Shown: piece by piece, positions 37,887 through 64,000 of the stretch
Numbering within the stretch: the first letter of the stretch is position 1
How the letters are laid out: every line of letters starts with the position of its first letter
Assembly: GCA_965112735.1 (NCBI GenBank)
Contig: OZ218962.1
Span: 2,356,001 to 2,420,000 of the forward strand
Length of the DNA: 64,000 bases
Reading direction: 5' to 3'
Origin: Phaeosaccion multiseriatum
Lineage: Eukaryota; Protista; Ochrophyta, other classes
Translations under genes and position numbers: made by a program
Notes under the pieces: model-generated
What the model saw: the letters and a program-made list of their open reading frames with translations, nothing else
What the model was told of the DNA's origin: nothing
The model's database searches: none

Positions 37887-38573
37887 TCCATCCATCCATC
37901 CATCTACCCATCTACCCATCCATCTATCCATCCATCCATCCATTCATCCATCCATCCATCCATCCATCCATCCATCCATCCATCCATCCATCCATCCATC
38001 CATCCATCCATCCATCCATCCATCCATCCATCCATCCATCCATCCATCCATCCATCCATCCATCCATCCATCCATCCATCCATCCATCCATCCATCCATC
38101 CATCCATCCATCCATCCATCCATCCATCCATCCATCCATCCATCCATCCATCCATCCATCCATCCATCCATCCATCCATCCATCCATCCATCCATCCATC
38201 CATCCATCCATCCATCCATCCATCCATCCATCCATCCATCCATCCATCCATCCATCCATCCATCCATCCATCCATCCATCCATCCATCCATCCATCCATC
38301 CATCCATCCATCCATCCATCCATCCATCCATCCATCCATCCATCCATCCATCCATCCATCCATCCATCCATCCATCCATCCATCCATCCATCCATCCATC
38401 CATCCATCCATCCATCCATCCATCCATCCATCCATCCATCCATCCATCCATCCATCCATCCATCCATCCATCCATCCATCCATCCATCCATCCATCCATC
38501 CATCCATCCATCCATCCATCCATCCATCCATCCATCCATCCATCCATCCATCCATCCATCCATCCATCCATCC
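37887..38573. repeat. (CATC)n microsatellite, ~170 units, followed by (CCTA)n at ~38733-38990
   Basis: Direct reading. Confidence 0.95.
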
Positions 38574-39006
38574 CTGTTCTGCTCGGGGCTGTGGAGAGAC
38601 AGGTGATTCACTCCGTCACTCGGTGTCGATCGTCACTCTTCAATGTCTCCCTACACACTCCTTCAATGCTAAGCCACGACTCTATTCTATCGCACCAGCC
38701 CCACTTCCCCTACTTCCCCACGTCTCCCTCCTCCCTACCTACCTACCTACCCAACTACCTACCTACCTACCTACCTACCTACCTACCTACCCACCTGCCC
38801 ATCTACCTATCTACCCAACTACCTCCTTCCCTACCTACCTCCCTACCTACCCACCCACCTACCTACCTACCTCTACCTCTCTCCCTCCTACCTACCTACT
38901 TACCTACCTACCTACCTACATACCTACCTACCTACCTACCTACCTACCTACCTACCTACCTACCTACCTACCTACCTACCTACCTACCTAACCACCAACG
39001 CTACTA

Positions 39007-40353
39007 CTAAAGCGGCCCAAACAATAGCTGACTGAAGCTGAAGGGCGGGAAGAAAGCCTCCCAACTGCCTGCCACGTGGCCTTGTAGACGTGCCTCCTCG
39101 CCACGCTTTGCCTGCTTCTCCCCCTCAAAGGATTCCTCGAAGCCATTGAAGTTATCACCCCCCCCCTCCTCCTCCCCGTCCGACGCGCCGGAGCAACACT
39201 CGCATTGACACATATTTTTGTCGAAGTTGCGGTGGCTCAGCTTCCGACACTTTCTCGGGGGCTCTCCCTCCTCCTCCTTCTCCTCAAAGGACTCCTTCCC
39301 CTCCTGCTCCTCCTCCTTCTCCTGCTCCTCCTCCTGCTTCTGCTCCTCCTCCCCCTCCTCCTCCTCCTCCTCCTCCTCCTCCTCCTCCTCCTCCTCCTCC
39401 TCCTCCTCCTCCTCCTCCTCCTCCTCCTCCTCCTCCTCCTCCTCCTCCTCCTCCTCCTCCTCCTCCTCCTCCTCCTCCTCCTCCTCCTCCTCCTCCTCCT
39501 CCTCCTCCTCCTCCTCCTCCTCCTCCTCCTCCTCCTCCTCCTCCTCCTCCTCCTCCTCCTCCTCCTCCTCCTCCTCCTCCTCCTCCTCCTCCTCCTCCTC
39601 CTCCTCCTCCTCCTCCTCCTCCTCCTCCTCCTCCTCCTCCTCCTCCTCCTCCTCCTCCTCCTCCTCCTCCTCCTCCTCCTCCTCCTCCTCCTCCTCCTCC
39701 TCCTCCTCCTCCTCCTCCTCCTCCTCCTCCTCCTCCTCCTCCTCCTCCTCCTCCTCCTCCTCCTCCTCCTCCTCCTCCTCCTCCTCCTCCTCCTCCTCCT
39801 CCTCCTCCTCCTCCTCCTCCTCCTCCTCCTCCTCCTCCTCCTCCTCCTCCTCCTCCTCCTCCTCCTCCTCCTCCTCCTCCTCCTCCTCCTCCTCCTCCTC
39901 CTCCTCCTCCTCCTCCTCCTCCTCCTCCTCCTCCTCCTCCTCCTCCTCCTCCTCCTCCTCCTCCTCCTCCTCCTCCTCCTCCTCCTCCTCCTCCTCCTCC
40001 TCCTCCTCCTCCTCCTCCTCCTCCTCCTCCTCCTCCTCCTCCTCCTCCTCCTCCTCCTCCTCCTCCTCCTCCTCCTCCTCCTCCTCCTCCTCCTCCTCCT
40101 CCTCCTCCTCCTCCTCCTCCTCCTCCTCCTCCTCCTCCTCCTCCTCCTCCTCCTCCCCCTCCTTGCAGTGGTGATGGTGATGGCGGTGGTGATGAAGGTG
40201 AAGGCACCGCTGGGCGGACGAATGATCATCTCCGCCCTCCTCGTGGTCGCAATCCTCTTCCTTCTCCCTGAGCATATTCCTTCCCGTCGCGTAGGTGCTG
40301 TCGCTGTCATCGCTACTGTCTTGAAGCTCCCGCGCAGCCATGCTCGAGCCATG

Positions 40354-40410
<57 letters not shown>

Positions 40411-40512
40411 CTGCTGGTGCTGCTGCTGGTGCTGCTGCTGATGGTGCTCGACAAGGTCAGAGGACGGCGAGGAGGAGTCTCGCATGAGGTGGGTGATGTT
40501 CGTGTCACCCAT
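39007..40512 (-). CDS. Putative single-exon acidic protein with ~265-residue poly-Glu tract
   Basis: Open frame [12 protein letters not shown]...poly-Q...poly-H, (GAG)n at ~40154-39354, then [25 protein letters not shown]...GPL*. The flanks are also Glu-rich in this frame. No recognisable domain. Confidence 0.45.
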
Positions 40513-41274
40513 TTTGATTGCGGAGGTGTTGGGGGTGTCCGGGCTTCGGCTGATGCTGATGCTGCTGTGCCTGCATAGGGGTACTGATTGACGTAGTACC
40601 GGCCCGTAGAGTGGCTGCTGGCCAAGCTTTGACTGCTTGGCTCTGTCGCAAGGAAGGGCGTGTACGAGAAGAAGAGAAGCAAAGGACGCAGCAGGGGTGG
40701 GAGGGGGGAAGTGAGGGAAAGCAAAGCGACTGTATTGAAGGGGGCGATGAGAAGCGCAGCGAGACAAAGGCTGCATCTCCACACCTCCCTCGGCAGTGAC
40801 CGCAAAATCAAGAGGCACACAACAGAGAGAAGCAGCAGCAGCCCGCCTCACTTACTTCCTTTTGTTTGGGAGTTTGTGTGTGGTTCTCTCTTTTTCACAG
40901 CTCTCTTCGCTGTAATCTTTCTTAGCTCGAGGCATCAGGTCTCCCCCCACCGGCCAGCGGTGTAACAAGCAACACAAACGCAAAACTAAAAACGTGCAGA
41001 AGTAAAGTTAGTTTCCCGCCCTTCTTTTTTGGACTCCATTCCATTGTACAGTAACCACAGAGATAGGGGGGAGGGGGGGGGATTTGTGAAGGGGTGTGCT
41101 CAGTCCTTGCTCCTCTGTGGATGGGGCATGCTGACAGACACAACCACGGCGAGCTCCAACTTGCTTTTCATTGGCTTCCCTTCCTCCCTTGAAGCTGCAA
41201 CGGAAACTGAGACGGAAAGTGGAAGGGATGGTGCCCCCCCACCCCCTGCAGACAACATCACTACAACGGCACCC

Positions 41275-41358
41275 AGTCCACAATAGGACAACCGAAGAGG
41301 CCAATAGAGGCCAATAAGTCCACAATAGGACAACCGAAGAGGCCAATAGAGGCCAATA
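41275..41358. repeat. Perfect 42-bp tandem duplication
   Basis: agtccacaataggacaaccgaagaggccaatagaggccaata twice. Confidence 0.9.
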
Positions 41359-41685
41359 AAATACAATGCCACAAACATACGCGACACCATGATCGGAGGT
41401 GATGAAGGCTCTGCTATTCACCGGGAGGGTTCCAGGCGTTACGTAAGCTTACGGAGAGGGGGGCGGGCGCTCGACCTCGACATGCTCCGTCGACATATGC
41501 GATATTCTCCCCGGCCCCTGACTCTATATAGGGTATGATAGGGTATGGGGGTATACGTTTTGGGGGGGTGTTTGCCTCCAAGTCCCCCCCTCCAAACAAA
41601 GGAAGCGTAGCCCCAAAAATGCAAGGGCAAGGGGAAACCTCCCAACAAGGGGCCCAACACCGGGTACCTACGGACGGACAGTAAT

Positions 41686-43770
<2,085 letters not shown>

Positions 43771-44475
43771 GATGCTTGCTTTTTGCGGCGGACCCTCCTT
43801 GGTCTCTGCTGCTCCCCTGGGATGGGGATGACGAATGGACCGAGAGGGGATGGAGGAAGAGGCGGAGGGTGGATATGCCGAGAGATGGAACAAGTCAGGA
43901 AGGGGGCGGTGGAAGAGGAGGAGAGGACAGGAGAGACGAGGACACGAGAGAGAGGGAGGAAAGGGGCCAGGGAAGCAGAAGAGAAGAGAGGGGAGATGAG
44001 AGGAGGAGGGAGGAGAGAAGAATAGAGGGGAAGAAAGCCCAGACAGGAGACAGGGGAGAGAGGGGTCTGGCCAGGGAAGAGAGGAGAGCAGCGGGGAGGA
44101 GAGGCCAGGCGACGAGAAGAAAGAAGAGGGCCCACGCTAGGATAGATGGGAGGGGCGGTGTGACCTCTTACCCGCAGATGAATGTCCCCTCTCGTGGGGC
44201 TTGCGGCAATATGGCCGTCTCCCTCACCAACGTCCCTCTCCCACGTTACCACTTCCCCCCCTCCTCCTCCTCTCGCCTTTGTCGTCTAGCTTCCTGGCAA
44301 CCCTGAACGCTAAATGAGTTACTGTTTTTACCTCGGTGCTGATTGCGCAGAGGGCACAGGAACCGCTGCTTTTATCGCCTCTCTCTCGAGGGAAGAGGGT
44401 CGAGCGTTTCAGTACGAGTGCCAATTTTGTGGCGCGATGGGCCAAGATGGCACTAAATTTTTTTTTTCCCCCCTT

Positions 44476-44581
44476 CCCCTGACCCATATACCATTAAAAT
44501 CAAACACTATCCGCTATCGCCGGCGCCAGCCGATCCGCTATCCGCTATCGGCTCGAGAATGGGGGGTCATCGGGTCAGGGG
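44476..44581. mobile_element. 106-bp MITE-like element (CCGCTAT heptamers)
   Basis: 10-bp perfect inverted repeat cccctgaccc/gggtcagggg, with central ccggcgccagccg at 44520-44532. Confidence 0.55.
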
Positions 44582-44880
44582 GGTGGGTTGAAGATAATAA
44601 CCAACAAACCATCATAACCAATTGAAAAACAACTTCATGACTGGACCATGGGGAACGCGGAGGTCAACATGTCAATGGACACGAGTCAGGACAGCGTTCC
44701 CCGTCGATTTTGGTTGGTGAGGCTCTCTAACTCTATAACTCTATAACTCTATTTCTTCATGCACTTATGTTTGGGAAAGGGCGCGATACACCTCCACGTC
44801 CCCCTCCTCCTCTTCCTCGCTCCTCTTCGCTCCTCCTCCTCGCTCCTCCTCGCTCCTCCTCGCTCCTCCTCGCTCTCTCC

Positions 44881-45095
44881 TCGGCCCCTGACAAGCAAGG
44901 TTCTGAGGCGACCCAGGTTCCAGGCTCTGACCGGCGCCAGCCGGCCAGGTTCCAGGTTCTGGGGGAACAAAGCCACGCAATAAGGCAATGATGAGCGCCA
45001 AGGCTGCTCTGCCAAGCCTCGCCAGCGGGCCAGGTTCCTGGTTCTCCAGCTTCTGGCCTGGGTCGCCTCAGATCAAGAATCTTGTCAGGGGCCGA
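44881..45095. mobile_element. 215-bp MITE (CCAGGTT heptamers)
   Basis: 15-bp perfect TIR tcggcccctgacaag/cttgtcaggggccga, plus a nested sub-TIR tctgaggcgacccagg/cctggggtcgcctcaga. Flanks are ctctcc and ctctcg. Internal ccggcgccagccg at 44931-44943. Confidence 0.75.
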
Positions 45096-45104
45096 CTCTC
45101 GCCC

Positions 45105-45569
45105 CCCTCCTCCTCCTCCTTCTCCTTCTCCTCCTCCTCCTCCTTCTCCTCCTCCTCCTTCTCCTCCTCCTCCTCCTCCTCCTCCTCCTCCTCCTCCTCC
45201 TCCTCCTCCTCCTCCTCCTCCTCCTCCTCCTCCTCCTCCTCCTCCTCCTCCTCCTCCTCCTCCTCCTCCTCCTCCTCCTCCTCCTCCTCCTCCTCCTCCT
45301 CCTCCTCCTCCTCCTCCTCCTCCTCCTCCTCCTCCTCCTCCTCCTCCTCCTCCTCCTCCTCCTCCTCCTCCTCCTCCTCCTCCTCCTCCTCCTCCTCCTC
45401 CTCCTCCTCCTCCTCCTCCTCCTCCTCCTCCTCCTCCTCCTCCTCCTCCTCCTCCTCCTCCTCCTCCTCCTCCTCCTCCTCCTCCTCCTCCTCCTCCTCC
45501 TCCTCCTCCTCCTCCTCCTCCTCCTCCTCCTCCTCCTCCTCCTCCTCCTCCTCCTCCTCCTCCTCCTCC
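45105..45569. repeat. (CCT)n microsatellite abutting the stop codon of the minus-strand TM gene
   Basis: Direct reading. Confidence 0.95.
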
Positions 45570-46133
45570 TTACACAAAGGCATGCGAGACCTTGTCACGA
45601 ATATCTCTGTACAGCGAGGCGGAGAGGGCAAGTTTGCACAACGCCGCACAAAGTAGTGCCACAGCAGTAAGCAGCAGCAGCACCCGCAGCGCAGCAGCCT
45701 CTTCTGTCGGGCAGGGGAAGCAAAAGTACCAGCAGTCCGACACCAAGGAGTCCTGAACCCGCCGTCGCTCCTGCCCATACGACTGCTGCCCATACGGCTG
45801 CTCCTCGTGATGCCTATCGTGCAGCCCTGGCTGGTCCGGCTGCTCCTGGTGCTGCTGCTGTGGCTGTCTCACCAACGGCTGCAGTCCTGAGTCGCACGCG
45901 CCGTGAAGAGCCGCCGCGGTTACACCCACCGACAGGAGCGCCAGGGGCTGCGGAGGAGAGTGGAGGCATGAGGGCAGACCGAAGGGACAGAGGAAATGAG
46001 AAGAGTAGGCAGATAGACAGATATGCCTCTGCTGTCAGGTGGCAGGAAGAGGGATATGGGCCAAGCAAAGAGCAAATGAGCGACGCCCGCGGGCACGATA
46101 GGAGCGGTATGAGAGAGGGGGGGGGGAGAGGAG

Positions 46134-46185
<52 letters not shown>

Positions 46186-47896
46186 GGGGAGGAGGAGGGC
46201 AGAATTGAAGAGGGAGGAAGAGACTCACCACAAGGGCCAGGTCAAGGACCCAGTTTACCCCGCAGGCCGGTCCGCTGCAACCCTTGGCGGTACCACAGCC
46301 CACAGCCGAGCGCCAGTCCCGGTGCCGAGCCAGCGCGAAACGCGAGCGGCCGAGGTGGAAAGTCAGCACCCCGCTAATGAGCCCTACGGGGATGGCGGGC
46401 AGCAGCAGCAGCCAGGGCGACAAGACACTGTAGAGGTAGGCGTTGAGCAGGCCGTGCCAGGACACGAGTACGAGAAAGAGCTGGATCAGAGACGATACCG
46501 CTATAGTCAGCCCCACATAGCGCAACCAGCGGCAGCGGGACTCATCGAGGAAGATCTGCTGCACCGAGCTCACCGCCACCACCGCCGCTGCCACAGCTGC
46601 CGTCTCGTCCTCCTTCTCCTTCTCCTGGTCCTCCTTCCTCTGTGCCGGTGCCTCCGTCTGCGCCCGCGTGTTCACCTTGCCGCCCCAACCACTGCTGTCG
46701 CCGACACCGTACCCGATTTCCGAGTCGTCACTGGGGTGGTGGTGGCAGGAGGGGCAGGGCCTGAGCCTGTCCCGCTCCAAGGAGTAATCCTCCAAGTGAG
46801 CAACGGCAGGAGAAGTCCCTGCATCCTCGCCACTGCTACTGCCACTGCCAACACCACTGATTTTGCCGCTGCGTCTACTGCTGCGTTTGCGGCTTCTCGT
46901 GATGAAATTATCATGTTGGCTGCAAGGAACAGACGGATGCTGCAGGAACCCCCCTCCTTGGTCTCGGAGGTGATGCTGTTGCTGTTGCTGTCGCTTCCCC
47001 GGTACACTCTCTACGAAACCCAATACCGCAGAAGGTTTTCGGCAAGACGGGCAGCGGATGTGTGGACCGTGATCTTCCCTTGACCCCGACCCATTCGACG
47101 CTGGCGCGGGCAGCTCCAGGGCCGCTGGCGGTGGCGGGGGCGGGGGTCGGAAGAGTGCTGATGCACCTTTCGGCCTTCTGCTCTCTCTTCGGTACAGAAA
47201 CTGAAGGGAGCGGGGACTCTGGAGTGAAACGCAGCCGTCCTTGGGCGCCCCCACTATTCTCAATGTCGCTGCGTCGCCACCGTCCTTGCCGGTGGCGGCT
47301 CCTGCTCTACCCTCCTGCACTACGCTTTGTACTGCTAGTGCTGCTGCTGGGGAAGCCTCAGAAGGAAGCTCGTGTGCTGATGCGGCACCGCCCTGCATGT
47401 CAATATCAACATCGTCATCATCATCATGATCGTCATCGTCATCGTCATCGTCATCGGCATCCTGCCTCAGATGATGACTGCTCGTGTCTCCCCACACGTC
47501 CTCCTCAGCAGTGCTCTGCGTCTCAGATGGCGAGCGAAGACTCCCATCATGTCGTGTAGGTGTAGGTGTCGTAACTCCTTCCCCCCACCACCATGACCAC
47601 CACTTCTTCTTCTCACCACTGTGACTTGCCTCCCGCCCCCTTCCTTCCCCCCCCCCTCCTCCTACGAGGTTACCCTGCAGCTGCTCACTACAGGAAGGCT
47701 TGGGGCGGATGACTTGCCGTCTTTCTATTCCAGTCAAGCTGCGGCTCATGTCTGGAGGAGGGTGTGAACTGAGACGTAGTCCTCTGCCGCCCTTACTTCT
47801 ACTAGTGCTGCTACCCCTGCTGGTACCGGTGGTATGATTGGCCACATTCAAAGGTAGCGCCACCCCCCTTATCCCTGGAATGCCGAGTGAGGCCAT
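45570..47896 (-). CDS. Hypothetical ~4-TM membrane protein with long disordered N-terminus (2 exons)
   Basis: Hydrophobic segments YVGLTIAVSSLIQLFLVLV, WLLLLPAIPVGLISGVLTF, PLALLSVGVTAAAL and VLLLLTAVALLCAALC. Phase-0 intron GGG|GTAAAC...CCGCAG|CCC. Start codon uncertain. Confidence 0.6.
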
Positions 47897-48758
47897 CGGA
47901 TGGTGAACGGAGTGACCAAGCCAAACTTCCGTAACGGGCAAAGGATGAAGGGCAACCAACCACAAGCGGGGAAACGGAAACGCAAACTTACTCACGTAAG
48001 CTTACGTAAGATGATGGCAGGCAGCCCTGAACCCCTGCCCCTTTTTTAGTCAGCACGGAAGGGTGTGTGGAGTGTGGACGTCTTCGCCGCGAGAGATAGG
48101 GCTGTTGAGCTGCGTAGGTCGCTGGGCTGCTGCTGCAGCTGCCACTGCTCTCCCTGGTCCCCTGTACGCGCCAGCGCTTGCAACACCCTCCCCCTCCCCT
48201 CCTTCCCTCTCAAGGCTTGTTGCCTTGTTTGGAGACAATGGGGAATAACGGAGGGCAGTAGGAGGACGCTTAGGGCTGGAAAATATCTGCTAAGCGGTAG
48301 GGAGAGCGAGAAGGACTCCGAGGGTAGACATGAACGACGAAGGTGAGCAGCTTTTATAATGGATTCAAATCCGTACGTCAACTCGCCCGTCGCCTGGGTT
48401 CTTACTTTGTGAGGGAGTGAGTGTATCGCCCCTCTTTGGACCGCCTGCTCTCTCCGTGTCTGTGTGTGGCGCGGCTGTCAGGCCTCCTTTGTCCTTCTTG
48501 ATCTCCTCTGCCCCTCTCTGTTTCTCCTCACCCCCCCCCCCCCCCTTCCCTTCTCTCCTCTTGTAGTGCAAGCATATCCGCCCATTGAAGCCGCCAATCG
48601 CCCAACCAACTATCACAACGTAGTTTGGCGCCTCCTCTGTCCACGCACACTTCCTCTTAATCCTCCCCCGCCCCCCCCAACCACTTCACACGTCCCAACC
48701 AGAGGCGGCAGCTCTCGCAGCAGTCGAGGCAGCCGAGGCTGAGGAGGGAGTCCCCCAC

Positions 48759-64000
<15,242 letters not shown>

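Noticed and set aside
37796-39010. Long HPSI/MDGW repeat ORFs
   Set aside because: They are stop-free translations of (CATC)n and (CCTA)n microsatellites.
44988-45793. Poly-Ser/Pro/Glu ORFs across the (CCT)n tract
   Set aside because: The tract lies just after the stop codon of the 4-TM gene and abuts a MITE, with no complex coding flanks.

Overview
Eukaryotic, GC-rich, intron-rich nuclear DNA packed with microsatellites. It has GT-AG introns and flagellar/centriolar genes. The style suggests an ochrophyte or brown-alga-like stramenopile, but that is a guess. Most ORF-track entries are repeat artefacts. Splicing by eye gives about 10 genes: two tandem F-box genes (-) in a ~2.83 kb duplication, a Glu/Gln-rich TFIIS-N domain gene (+), an F-box/TBC RabGAP fusion (+), a large signal peptide/Cys-knot/mucin-stalk/multi-TM receptor-like gene (-), a TEDC1-like gene (+), a poly-Glu ORF (-), EFHB/CFAP21 (-), a ~4-TM protein (-), and a KMT2/trithorax-like H3K4 methyltransferase (+) that runs off the right edge. 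Three non-genic patterns stand out. (1) A ~20-nt motif (core GTTGGTGATACA) recurs in at least 11 exact copies, in both orientations, in exons, introns and splice acceptors of six unrelated genes. (2) Short intergenic inverted-repeat elements share CCCCTGAC ends and a CCGGCGCCAGCCG core, but each carries a different 7-bp tandem repeat. (3) Intronic repeats are strongly polarised: G-rich after donors and stop codons, C-rich before acceptors. No rRNA, tRNA, CRISPR array or transposase was seen. Exon coordinates are manual and need RNA-seq confirmation.
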